From positions 160,001 through 224,000 of the forward strand of contig CAVTRC010000001.1 in NCBI GenBank assembly GCA_963737065.1: DNA of 64,000 bases, read 5' to 3'. How positions within the stretch are numbered: position 1 is the stretch's first letter; every line of letters begins with the position of its first letter. The notes beneath the pieces are model-generated. The model did no database searches and had not been told where the DNA came from. It saw nothing but the letters and a program-made list of their open reading frames with translations. Positions 42,024-53,401 of the stretch are shown one piece after another. This stretch comes from Candidatus Eremiobacteria bacterium. Lineage in GTDB: Bacteria; Vulcanimicrobiota; Vulcanimicrobiia; Vulcanimicrobiales; Vulcanimicrobiaceae. Made by a program: the position numbers and the translations under genes.

Positions 42024-43145
42024 CTATAGCACTCCTTTGCCCGACACGATGCGAGCGATGTCGTGGAACGCAACCAGGACCATCAAAGCCATCAACGCCG
42101 CAAAGCCCGCGATGTGAACGAGTGCCTCTTTTTCCGGATCGACCGGTTTTCCGCGCACGAGTTCTGCGATGATGAACACGCCGCGACCGCCGTCAAGCGC
42201 CGGAAACGGCAACAGATTGAAGAGACCGAGCGCGAACGAAATTGTCGCGGCGAGCGCGAAATATGGGCCCCAGCCGAAATCTTGAATGACGCCGGCCGCT
42301 TGCCCCATACCGACCGGTCCGGAAACTTGCCCGGCGTACTTCGTGAAGTGCGTAACGAGCAACCCGAGCTGTCCCACCATTTGATCGGTAACGTTGGCGT
42401 ACTCGATAGCGCTATATCGAATCGATTGCGCAAAGCCGACGCGTTCGAAAGCCGGTTCCGGGACGAATCCGATACAGCCTTGTTTTGCGTTTCCCGGACA
42501 CGCCGCGGGTACGACGTCAATCGTCGTCTGGGCGCCGTTGCGCGTGTACGTCACGCTCATCGGCTTGCCGAGCGATCCGTGAATCGTATCGATCAATCTC
42601 GACGCATTTGTAACCTTGGCGCCGCTGATGTCAACGGAGAGGATCCGGTCTCCGGGCTGTAATCCCGCCCTCGCGGCAGGCGTATTCGGAACGACCTCCG
42701 TTACGACGGCGCGGTCGATGCGATCGCTCGGCACGCCGAACGCAAGCGCGCCGACGAGCAGGATGATATAGGCGAGAATGAAGTTCGCGACGGGACCCGC
42801 CACAATAATTGCGAGACGCCGCCACGCCGACTTCGATTGAAAGTTCCCGCCGGGGTCGACCGGGCGCTCGCGGTAATCGCGCTGCTGCTCGGCCTCACTT
42901 GTCTTATTGTCCTCGCCCTCCATCGAACAGAACCCGCCGATGGGCAGCGCGCGTAGCGAGTAGAGCGTCCCGCTGCGCGGACTTCGCCAACCGGCAAGTT
43001 TGGGACCCATGCCGACGGCAAACTCGTTCACCTTGACGCGGTTGCGGCGGGCGACGATGAAGTGCCCGAGCTCGTGGAGGACCACGAGGATCGAGAGCAT
43101 CACGAGGAACGTGATGATTTTGTCGATCGACGCAACACTGACCAT
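42024..43145 (-). CDS. rseP: RIP metalloprotease RseP
   Basis: HELGH, PIGGF, AGPVAN, a PDZ domain and NLLPFPALDGG; follows dxr. Confidence 0.94.
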   Translation of the reverse strand: MVSVASIDKIITFLVMLSILVVLHELGHFIVARRNRVKVNEFAVGMGPKLAGWRSPRSGTLYSLRALPIGGFCSMEGEDNKTSEAEQQRDYRERPVDPGGNFQSKSAWRRLAIIVAGPVANFILAYIILLVGALAFGVPSDRIDRAVVTEVVPNTPAARAGLQPGDRILSVDISGAKVTNASRLIDTIHGSLGKPMSVTYTRNGAQTTIDVVPAACPGNAKQGCIGFVPEPAFERVGFAQSIRYSAIEYANVTDQMVGQLGLLVTHFTKYAGQVSGPVGMGQAAGVIQDFGWGPYFALAATISFALGLFNLLPFPALDGGRGVFIIAELVRGKPVDPEKEALVHIAGFAALMALMVLVAFHDIARIVSGKGVL

Positions 43146-43147
43146 GG

Positions 43148-44368
43148 CTAAGACACTGAACACTTCGTCTTGATTTCCTCGATATATCGGCCGGCTCGGA
43201 CACGCGCGTCCCGGTCTGCTTTCCTAATACCGTCGAGCGTCGCCGGCCGTTGCGCGACAGCGTCTACGGTCGATTCGACGACTTCGGCGATCCGCGTGAA
43301 TCCGATTTGCCCTTCGACGAACGCCGCCACAGCGACTTCGTTCGCGGCGGAGAGGACGGCGGGCGCGACACCGCCACGCTCGAGCGCCTCGTAAGCAAGC
43401 TGGACGCACGGGAACCGTTCGGGATCCGGCCGCTCGAAGTCATAACGTAGCGGCCCGTTCTCAGATTTCGCTCCAAGCATGATAAGGGGATCCGGGGCCC
43501 CCGGGGAGCCCGCGGGCGAAGGCGAGGTGCCTTTTACACGTTTGGGAGCCGCCAGCACTGGCAGCCGATTGGGGAACGCAAGTGCGTATCCAATCGGAAC
43601 CCGCATGTCGGGGGCGCAGAGTTGGCCCTTCACGCTGCCGTCGGTAAAGACGACGAAGCCGTGGGCGATGGATTGCGGATGAACGGCGACCTGCAAACGC
43701 TCCGCCGGCGTCGAGAACAGACGGCTCGCTTCGATGATCTCGAGGCCCTTGTTCATCATCGTCGCGGAATCGATCGTATTCTTCTGCCCCATCCGCCACG
43801 TCGGATGCGCGAGCGCTTGCGACACCGTCGCGCGCTCGAGCTCATGCAACGAAAATCGCCAAAACGGCCCGCCCGACGCCGTCAGAATGATCGATCCGAC
43901 CGACGACGGATCTTCGCCGACCAGGCACTGGAAAATCGCGCTGTGTTCGCTATCCACGGGAACAATACGCGCGCCGCTTTCACGCGCGCTCGCCATCAGC
44001 AACTCACCGGCAGCAACGATCAACTCTTTGTTTGCAACCGCAACGTCAGTGCCGCGACGCACCGCTTCGAACACCGCATCAAACGCAACCGCACCGTCCG
44101 TCGCCGCGAGCAGGATATCCGGCTCACTCTCGACGGCGACGCGCATCAGTCCCTCAGGACCGTCCGCCGCGCTCGTTACGATAACCGGATGAAACCGCTC
44201 GGCCTGGCGGCTCAATAGTTCGATGTTGCGTCCCGCAGCAAGCGCAACAACGGCAAAGCGTTCCGGATACCGTGCGATTACGTCGAGCGCTTGCGTCCCG
44301 ATCGAACCGGTGCTCCCTAAGATCGCAACTCTCTTAGCCTGTCCTGAGCTTGTCGAAGGGCGTTTCAT
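43148..44368 (-). CDS. dxr: 1-deoxy-D-xylulose-5-phosphate reductoisomerase, with two insertions
   Basis: Motifs ILGSTGSIGTQ, ANKE, PVDSEHSAI, TASGGPF, MNKGLE and AANEVAV. Confidence 0.98.
   Translation of the reverse strand: MKRPSTSSGQAKRVAILGSTGSIGTQALDVIARYPERFAVVALAAGRNIELLSRQAERFHPVIVTSAADGPEGLMRVAVESEPDILLAATDGAVAFDAVFEAVRRGTDVAVANKELIVAAGELLMASARESGARIVPVDSEHSAIFQCLVGEDPSSVGSIILTASGGPFWRFSLHELERATVSQALAHPTWRMGQKNTIDSATMMNKGLEIIEASRLFSTPAERLQVAVHPQSIAHGFVVFTDGSVKGQLCAPDMRVPIGYALAFPNRLPVLAAPKRVKGTSPSPAGSPGAPDPLIMLGAKSENGPLRYDFERPDPERFPCVQLAYEALERGGVAPAVLSAANEVAVAAFVEGQIGFTRIAEVVESTVDAVAQRPATLDGIRKADRDARVRAGRYIEEIKTKCSVS
44338..44360. repeat. 23-bp dispersed REP-like element, copy 4 (dxr N-terminus)
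   Basis: CCTGTCCTGAGCTTGTCGAAGGG, which encodes PSTSSGQ. Confidence 0.85.
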
Positions 44369-45210
44369 ATCTGTACCTGCATCACGCCGAGCAAATGGAC
44401 GGTTCCGAAGAACGCCATGCCGCCGAAAAGATACGAATCGAAGCGGTCGAGTACGCCGCCGTGTCCTTGAATCATCGTGCCGGTGTCCTTCACGCCGGCA
44501 TCGCGTTTCAACGCGGATTCCGCAAGGTCACCGGCTTGCGCCGCGATGCACGTAACGAAGCCGACCGCGGCCGCCTGCCACCATCGCAGGTGCAACTCCG
44601 GTAGCCAGAATGCCGCGAGCGCCGCCACCGCGGTAACGATGATGAGCGCGCCAAGCGAACCTTCGACGGTTTTACGCGGCGAGATTTTCGTGAGCTGATG
44701 ACGCCCGACCATCGTGCCGATCAGCATCCCGAATATGTCGGTCAGTGCAATCAACACGATGACGTAAAGCGTCCAATAGAACCCGACACCCGGCACACTT
44801 CGAATAAAAACGAAATACGTTAGCAGCTTGCCGATGTACAGCACGGCAAGCAGCGTGTAAGCCGTGCGCGCAAAATAGCCTTGCTGTTCGCCGTACATAC
44901 CGATCGAAAAACTCGCGATCGTGACGCCGGCGAGTAAGACGCCTTCCCACGTGTGCAATCGTCCGATTGCGGCCAGAATAACATAGGCCGCAACGCCAAA
45001 TATCGCGACCGGATATTCCAACGGCTGCCCTTTCATCGCGCATAGTGCATTCAACTCGTAGAGCGAGGTCAGCGCGATGACGAGCACGAGCAGTGAAAAG
45101 AGCCACGGCACGAACACGGTCGCAAGGCCGACCGCCGCAACGATACATCCGACGACGACGCGGCGAATGGTGATCGGATGCGCCCGCGCTCCCGCGACGC
45201 CCGCGCTCAC
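44365..45210 (-). CDS. cdsA: Phosphatidate cytidylyltransferase
   Basis: Motifs ISPRKTVEG, GDLAESALKRDAGVKD and GHGGVLDRFDS. Confidence 0.95.
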   Translation of the reverse strand: MSAGVAGARAHPITIRRVVVGCIVAAVGLATVFVPWLFSLLVLVIALTSLYELNALCAMKGQPLEYPVAIFGVAAYVILAAIGRLHTWEGVLLAGVTIASFSIGMYGEQQGYFARTAYTLLAVLYIGKLLTYFVFIRSVPGVGFYWTLYVIVLIALTDIFGMLIGTMVGRHQLTKISPRKTVEGSLGALIIVTAVAALAAFWLPELHLRWWQAAAVGFVTCIAAQAGDLAESALKRDAGVKDTGTMIQGHGGVLDRFDSYLFGGMAFFGTVHLLGVMQVQI

Positions 45211-45550
45211 GATCGGCCGTACCACGATTGACACGGGGCGAGCTTTCGCACGGCGTCGTAGAAATCTGCGCGCAAAGTAGGCCGGTGGACCTCGGTCATC
45301 AGGTTTTCAGTGTACGGTGCGGCGACTTCGACGACGATCATGGCTTGTTACTGTCGTTTCTCGTACGATTCGTAACCGCAAACGAGGTGCACCATTCCAA
45401 CGTGCTCGGCCGCGCGAAGCACGCGCAAGCGGCCGACTCCCAACCACAACCCGACGGGAGCAAGGATGGAGATGCGGATCGAGCGGCCGGAGAGAGCCGC
45501 CCGAGCATCTATGTCGGTCATGAGCGTCAGGTCGCCGGGATGCGCCGACA

Positions 45551-45551
<1 letters not shown>
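45207..45551 (-). pseudogene. uppS: Probable degraded undecaprenyl diphosphate synthase relic
   Basis: Occupies the canonical slot between frr and cdsA. Residual YTE.LMTEVH.P..RADFYDAVRK....Q..YG resembles the UppS C-terminus. It has an internal TAA and is about 115 codons long. Confidence 0.6.
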
Positions 45552-47443
<1,892 letters not shown>

Positions 47444-47460
47444 GGTTTTTCCTTATGTAG

Positions 47461-48243
47461 CTACAGCGATGCTTCGGCTTGCGCAAGGGTCATCGGGGCT
47501 TCTTCTTCGTACGTGTCGCTCGCTTCCGCATACGCGGTCTCGGACTCGTACGCACTCTCGCCTTCCGTCTTCCCGTTGATGATGGCGTCGGCAATCTTGC
47601 TGACCATCAGCTTGACGGCACGTATCGCGTCGTCGTTACCCGGGATCGGATAATTGATCTCGTCCGGATCGCAATTCGTATCGATCACCGCGATGATCGG
47701 AATGCCGAGTTTGCGCGCCTCGAGCACTGCGATGCGCTCTTTCTTCGGATCGACGATGAAGATTGCGTCGGGCAAGCGATGCATGTCTTTGATGCCGCCG
47801 AGGAAACGCTCGAGCTTGTTCATCTCATCTTGAAGCTTCGCGACTTCCTTTTTGGGAAGGCGGTCGAAGTCGCCTTGCATCTTCATGCCTTCGAGCTCGC
47901 GCAAACGCGCGATGCGTTTTTGAATCGTCGCGAAGTTCGTCAGCGTGCCGCCGAGCCAGCGCTGGTTGATGTAGAACGTACCGGCGCGTTCGGCTTCTTC
48001 GCGCACGACGTCCTGCGCTTGCTTCTTGGTGCCGACGAACAGGATGACTTTCTTCTCGCGCGCCATCTGCTTGACGGCCTCGTACGTTTCGCGCAGTTTC
48101 TGCACGGTGAGCGCGAGATCGATGATGTAGATGCCGTTGCGCTCCTGGAAGATGTACGGTTTCATCTTCGGGTTCCAGCGCCGGGTCTGATGACCGAAGT
48201 GCACGCCGGCCTCGAGGAGCTCACGCATGGAAATGACAGACAC
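47461..48243 (-). CDS. rpsB: 30S ribosomal protein S2
   Basis: Motifs [24 protein letters not shown] and IPGNDDAIR. Confidence 0.99.
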   Translation of the reverse strand: MSVISMRELLEAGVHFGHQTRRWNPKMKPYIFQERNGIYIIDLALTVQKLRETYEAVKQMAREKKVILFVGTKKQAQDVVREEAERAGTFYINQRWLGGTLTNFATIQKRIARLRELEGMKMQGDFDRLPKKEVAKLQDEMNKLERFLGGIKDMHRLPDAIFIVDPKKERIAVLEARKLGIPIIAVIDTNCDPDEINYPIPGNDDAIRAVKLMVSKIADAIINGKTEGESAYESETAYAEASDTYEEEAPMTLAQAEASL

Positions 48244-48400
48244 AGGGTTCTCCCTTCTGGCCCCGGGCCGCGTGCGTCGTGCGTGCGATCCGTGTCGTGG
48301 GACCATATGGGTTTCCGCGCGACGCGGAAGCCCTCGCCCAGCGTCCGTGCCGGAGCATAGTGAGATGCGCCCTCTCAAGGGCAGCCGGACGAGTATATCA
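48244..48400 (-). promoter_or_regulatory. rpsB extended -10 promoter and structured 5' leader
   Basis: TGaTATACT at 48392-48400 followed by a GC-rich leader with short hairpins (e.g. GCCCT-TGAG-AGGGC). rpsB leaders are commonly S2-autoregulated. Confidence 0.5.
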
Positions 48401-48514
48401 CGCAGCTCAAATATTGCGGAAGTGGGGATTCGGCGCAGCCGAGGGCCGCACGGCGAATCGTCGATGCGGGACACCGGATTAAGGACGTGACCTCAACGAC
48501 CGAAGACCTGTACG

Positions 48515-49519
48515 ATGCGCTGGCTAGTTACGGGCGGACTCGGCTTCATCGGGTCCAACTTCATTCGATTGGCCCTTCGCGAGCGTCCGGGCCTCGAGGT
48601 GATCAACCTCGACGCGGTGACGTATGCGGGGAATCCCGCAAATCTGCGCGACGTGGAGTTCGATCCACGCTACCGTTTCGTTCGCGGCGATATTTGCGAT
48701 CCGGCCGCAATCCAGTCGGCAATCGGAACCGGAGTGGACGCAATCGTAAACTTCGCGGCGGAGACCCACGTGGATCGATCGATTCTCGAGCCCGAAGCGT
48801 TCCTCCGCACCGATATTCTTGGCACGCACATGCTGCTCGAAGCGGTGCGTGAACGATCGATCCCACGCTACCTTCAGGTATCGACGGACGAAGTGTACGG
48901 CGATGTCACGGAGGGGAGTTCGGTCGAAACCGATGCGTTACGCCCGCGCAGTCCGTACTCAGCTAGTAAGGCCGGCGGCGACCTGCAAGTGCTCGCTTAC
49001 TGGGCGACATACAGAACGCCCGTTCTAGTCACGCGCGGCAGCAACACGTACGGACCGTATCAATATCCCGAGAAGCTGATCCCGCTCTTCGTGAGCAACT
49101 TGCTCGACGATCGGCCCGTCCCGCTCTATGGCGACGGAATGCAAATACGGGATTGGCTGCACGTGGAAGATCACGCGCGCGGGATTCTGCACGTGCTCGA
49201 GAACGGGGCGGCCGGGAACGCATACAACATTGGCGGCGGCAATCCGCGTACGAATGTTGAGATTACGGAGCTGCTCGTACGCGAATGCGGACGCCGGATG
49301 GAAACACATGTGCGGCATGTCACCGATCGGCCGGGCCACGATCGGCGCTATGCGATCGACACGTCGAAAGTGCGTGCGCTCGGTTGGATGCCTCGCGTGG
49401 CCTTCGACGAGGGTCTTGTTCGCACGATTGCTTGGTACCGCGAGAACGAAGACTGGTGGCGTCCCCTCAAGTCGGGCGAGTTCGTCGATTATTACAAACG
49501 ACAGTACGCCCACCGATAA
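48515..49519 (+). CDS. rfbB: dTDP-glucose 4,6-dehydratase
   Basis: Motifs TGGLGFIGSNF, AAETHVDRS, STDEVYG, YSASK and DRPGHDRRY. Confidence 0.96.
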   Translation: MRWLVTGGLGFIGSNFIRLALRERPGLEVINLDAVTYAGNPANLRDVEFDPRYRFVRGDICDPAAIQSAIGTGVDAIVNFAAETHVDRSILEPEAFLRTDILGTHMLLEAVRERSIPRYLQVSTDEVYGDVTEGSSVETDALRPRSPYSASKAGGDLQVLAYWATYRTPVLVTRGSNTYGPYQYPEKLIPLFVSNLLDDRPVPLYGDGMQIRDWLHVEDHARGILHVLENGAAGNAYNIGGGNPRTNVEITELLVRECGRRMETHVRHVTDRPGHDRRYAIDTSKVRALGWMPRVAFDEGLVRTIAWYRENEDWWRPLKSGEFVDYYKRQYAHR

Positions 49520-49530
49520 CTGAAGAGACT

Positions 49531-50280
49531 ATGAAAGGCGTCATTCTCGCCGGCGGCCTCGGTTCGCGCCTCCGCCCGCTCACGAAGGTGACCAATAAGC
49601 ACCTCTTACCGATCTACGACAAGCCGATGATCTACTACCCGATCGAAACGCTTGTACGCGCGGGCATCAAAGACATCATGATCGTTACCGGCGGTAATTC
49701 CGCGGGCGATTTTCTGCGTCTTCTGGGAAATGGCAAAGAGTTCGGTCTCAAAGACATCTACTACACGTATCAAGAAGGTGAAGGCGGCATCGCGGACGCC
49801 TTGAAGCTGTGCGAACATTTCGCTGAAGGACAACGTATCGCCGTTATTCTCGGCGATAATATCATCCAAGACGACATCGCGCCGTTCGTTCGAAAGTTCC
49901 AGGACCAGGACTCCGGCGCGCGCATTCTTCTCAAAGAGGTCGACGATCCCGAGCGCTTTGGCTGCCCGCAGCTCGATGGCGATCGAATCGTTCGAATCGA
50001 GGAAAAACCGGTTACGCCCAAGAGCCGCTACGCCGTAACGGGCATCTACATGTACGACCGGCGCGTATTCGACTTTTGTAAGCGCTTGCGGCCGTCCGCA
50101 CGCGGTGAACTCGAGATCACCGACGTCAACAACGCATACATCAGAGAAGGCGATCTTTTCTACGACGTGCTCGATGGCTGGTGGACTGACGCCGGTCAAT
50201 TTGAATCGCTGTATCGAGCAGCAGAACTCGTAGCAAAAGAGCGCCAAAGGCCGACACTCGTTGCAGCCTCTTCCCGATGA
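49531..50280 (+). CDS. rfbA: Glucose-1-phosphate thymidylyltransferase (short form)
   Basis: Motifs GVILAGGLGSRLRPLT, KHLLPIYDKPMI, EEKP and RGELEITD. Confidence 0.9.
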   Translation: MKGVILAGGLGSRLRPLTKVTNKHLLPIYDKPMIYYPIETLVRAGIKDIMIVTGGNSAGDFLRLLGNGKEFGLKDIYYTYQEGEGGIADALKLCEHFAEGQRIAVILGDNIIQDDIAPFVRKFQDQDSGARILLKEVDDPERFGCPQLDGDRIVRIEEKPVTPKSRYAVTGIYMYDRRVFDFCKRLRPSARGELEITDVNNAYIREGDLFYDVLDGWWTDAGQFESLYRAAELVAKERQRPTLVAASSR

Positions 50281-51400
50281 ACCGGCGGAGCAGCCGCTCT
50301 ATGTAACGCAGCCGTATCTGCCGCCCATACGCGAGTTTCTGCCGTACGTCGAACGCATCTGGGAATCGAAGTGGCTCACGAACGGCGGCCCGTTTCATGC
50401 GGAACTCGAAGCCCGCCTCTGCGAGCACCTCGACGTCGAGCACCTCTCGCTTTTTTCAAACGGTACGATCGCGCTGATCACGGCTCTTCAGGCGCTGCGC
50501 GTGACGGGCGAGGTCATTACGACGCCGTACAGCTTCGTCGCGACGACGCACGCGCTGCATTGGAACGCGATCACGCCGGTCTTTGTCGACATCGACAGCC
50601 GCACGTTGAATCTCGATCCGCTGAAGGTCGAGGCGGCAATTACGCCGCGCACGACCGCCATTATGCCCGTTCACGTGTACGGCGTTCCGTGCGACGTCGG
50701 CGCGCTCGAAACGATGGCGAACCGATACGGCCTTCGCGTGATCTACGACGCGGCTCATGCATTCGGCGTGCGCGCGTCGTCGCGCTCCATCGCTTCCGCG
50801 GGCGATCTTTCGGTCCTCAGCTTCCATGCGACGAAAGCATTCAACACGTTCGAAGGGGGTGCGATCGTCTGCAAAGATCGAGCGATGAAACAACGGATCG
50901 ATCTGCTGAAGAACTTTGGGTTCGAGGATGAAACGACGGTCGTCGCGCCGGGCATCAATGGAAAAATGAACGAGCTGCAAGCCGCGTTTGGGCTCGTTCA
51001 TCTGCGACATATGGGCGAAATCCTCGCGAAGCGCCGTGCCGTCTACGACCGCTATGCCGACGCGCTCGAGCGCGTTCCGGGAATCCGGTTCGGCGTCGCA
51101 CTCCCGGACGCGACTGACTGGAACTACTCGTATTGCCCGATCTTCGTTGAGCACAACTTTGCGATGAGCCGCGATGGCCTTTACGAACGTTTGAAGACGC
51201 GCGGCATCCACAGCCGGCGCTATTTCTATCCGCTCATCAGCCAATTTCCGCCCTATCGCGCGCTCGCGTCCGCGACGGCCGCGAACTTGCCCGTCGCGAC
51301 GCGAATTGCTCGGCAAGTTCTTTGTCTGCCGATCTTTCCCGACCTCGACGAGCGGCGCCAGAACGACGTCATTTCGGTCATCGTGGAAGCATCGCGATGA
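50261..51400 (+). CDS. vioA: DegT/DnrJ aminotransferase, VioA-like (dTDP-4-amino-4,6-dideoxyglucose synthase)
   Basis: Motifs YVTQP.LP, WLTNGGP, SFHATKAFNTFEGG, NGKMNE and RRYFYPLIS. Confidence 0.85.
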   Translation: MQPLPDEPAEQPLYVTQPYLPPIREFLPYVERIWESKWLTNGGPFHAELEARLCEHLDVEHLSLFSNGTIALITALQALRVTGEVITTPYSFVATTHALHWNAITPVFVDIDSRTLNLDPLKVEAAITPRTTAIMPVHVYGVPCDVGALETMANRYGLRVIYDAAHAFGVRASSRSIASAGDLSVLSFHATKAFNTFEGGAIVCKDRAMKQRIDLLKNFGFEDETTVVAPGINGKMNELQAAFGLVHLRHMGEILAKRRAVYDRYADALERVPGIRFGVALPDATDWNYSYCPIFVEHNFAMSRDGLYERLKTRGIHSRRYFYPLISQFPPYRALASATAANLPVATRIARQVLCLPIFPDLDERRQNDVISVIVEASR

Positions 51401-52686
51401 ACGTTCTCGTTGTTCCGTCCGGCACCGAAATCGGTCTTGACATTTTTGATGCGCTCGTGCGCCGGCGTGATATCGCGCTCTTCGGAGCGGAATCGACGGA
51501 TAACAGCCATGCGCAGTTCGTGTATCGGTCGAATCATCGCGTCGCACACTTTGATGCTCCATCGTTTGTTTCGGACGTGAACGCTCTCGTCCAAGCGTAC
51601 GCGATCGATTACATCTTCCCGGCTCACGACGACGTACAGCTCGCGCTGATGGCCGCGCAATCAGCGATCCCCTGCGATATCCTCTCTTCGCCCTTGTCCA
51701 CGGTCAGCATCACACGATTCAAATCAGCAACATACGAGGCCCTCGAAGGCCGCGTGCCCGTTCCGCGAAGATACATGCCGGATGAGATTCCCGAGCGGTT
51801 TCCGGTGTTCATAAAGCCGGATCGCGGACAAGGCTCCCAAGGCGTGCTCCTGTGCCACAACGAGGCGGAACGGCGACGCGCGGCGTCGTCGATGCACGGC
51901 ACCGTCGTGTGCGAGTATCTGCCGGGGCGCGAGGTCACCGTCGACTGTTTCTCCGACCGAGAGCATGGGTTGTTGTACGCCGCCCCTCGCGAGCGCGTTC
52001 GCGTTCGCGCCGGCATCTCGGTGCGTTCGCAGGGGGTCGAGGTTATGCGCGCGCGAGAGTATGCCGAATCGATCGCGCGGCGTTTCCAATTTTATGGCGC
52101 GTGGTTCTTTCAGCTCAAGGAACGCGCCGCGGACGATTGGGTGCTGCTCGAAGTGGGCGCACGCATTCCGGGCGGCGCGACATTGGCGCGCGTGAATGGC
52201 GTCAACCTTCCCTTAATGACGATCTTCGAGCATCGGCGGCTGCCCGTCGATGTTTCGCCCACGGCTCACGCGACCGTAATGGATCGCTCGTTCGTGTCTC
52301 GCTTCCACCTCGATCTGGACTTTGACGATCTATTCGTGGATTTCGACGACACTCTGTGCATCCGAGGGGTGCCGAATTTTCAATTGATCGCCTTGCTTTT
52401 CGCGGCGAAACATTACGGGAAGCGCATCGTCCTGCTCTCGCGCAATGCGGGCGACGCCGTTCAATGGTTGCACGAACGGCATTTGATCGAGCTCTTCGAC
52501 GACCTTGTATTCATCGATCGCAGCGCCGTGAAAGCCGAGTACGTGAGGCGCGGCGGTCTGCTGATCGACGACAGTTTTGCCGACAGGCAGGCGTGCATCG
52601 ACGCCGGTATCCCGTGCTTCGATACGGACGCCGTACCCGCGGTACTCGAACATCTAGAAAGGAGCATGCATGTTTACGCCCGATAA
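51397..52686 (+). CDS. ATP-grasp domain protein fused to a C-terminal HAD-like domain
   Basis: ATP-grasp motifs FIKPDRGQGSQG, EYLPGREVTVD and LLEVGARIPG; HAD motifs VDFDDTL and LIDDSFADR. Confidence 0.8.
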   Translation: MNVLVVPSGTEIGLDIFDALVRRRDIALFGAESTDNSHAQFVYRSNHRVAHFDAPSFVSDVNALVQAYAIDYIFPAHDDVQLALMAAQSAIPCDILSSPLSTVSITRFKSATYEALEGRVPVPRRYMPDEIPERFPVFIKPDRGQGSQGVLLCHNEAERRRAASSMHGTVVCEYLPGREVTVDCFSDREHGLLYAAPRERVRVRAGISVRSQGVEVMRAREYAESIARRFQFYGAWFFQLKERAADDWVLLEVGARIPGGATLARVNGVNLPLMTIFEHRRLPVDVSPTAHATVMDRSFVSRFHLDLDFDDLFVDFDDTLCIRGVPNFQLIALLFAAKHYGKRIVLLSRNAGDAVQWLHERHLIELFDDLVFIDRSAVKAEYVRRGGLLIDDSFADRQACIDAGIPCFDTDAVPAVLEHLERSMHVYAR

Positions 52687-53401
52687 ACTTGACTCGCTCG
52701 TCGAAACGTATGCGATCGATACGGTTTCCGAGCAATACAAACGCCTCGAGTTCATCGATAAGCTGACGGATCATGTCGCAGTCGCGGACGCCGGCGTCAT
52801 AGAACTCGGATCGGCGTCGGGGCGGCTTACACGGTTGCTCGCGCAACAATGCCGCCATGTAACGGCGGTTGATGGTTCGGCACGCTTCATTGCAATCGCT
52901 CGGGAACACGTCGCGCCGTTCGAGGTCGACTTCGTTCACTCGATGTTCGAGACGTTTGCGCCGGGGTCTCCGTGCGATCTCGTCGTGATGCATCATATCC
53001 TCGAACACGTCGACGATCCCATAACGCTCATGACACACGTGAAAGGGTTCATGAAGCGGGGTGGGCACCTTGCGCTAACCGTGCCGAACGCAAGGGCGCT
53101 CTCGCGTCAGCTGGCGGTCGAGATGGGATTGCTCGAATCGGTCTACGCGCTCACGGAAAACGACTACCATCATGGCCACCAGCGCGTGTACGACTGGGAT
53201 GCACTGCGTCATGATGTGCGCGCGGCCGGATTCGAAATCGTTGGCGAACACGGTCTTGCCTTTAAGCTTTTCGCCGACTTCCAAAACGAGAAAATTGCCG
53301 AGGCGGGCATTATCGGCGACCGCCAATTCCGTGGCTTGTGGCCGATCGGCGATCGCTACCGCGACGTCGCGGGCGCGATCATGATCGTGGCGCGCCGCTA
53401 G
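52670..53401 (+). CDS. Class I SAM-dependent methyltransferase
   Basis: Motifs IELGSASG, AVDGS, HILEHVDDP and TVPNA. Confidence 0.9.
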   Translation: MFTPDKLDSLVETYAIDTVSEQYKRLEFIDKLTDHVAVADAGVIELGSASGRLTRLLAQQCRHVTAVDGSARFIAIAREHVAPFEVDFVHSMFETFAPGSPCDLVVMHHILEHVDDPITLMTHVKGFMKRGGHLALTVPNARALSRQLAVEMGLLESVYALTENDYHHGHQRVYDWDALRHDVRAAGFEIVGEHGLAFKLFADFQNEKIAEAGIIGDRQFRGLWPIGDRYRDVAGAIMIVARR

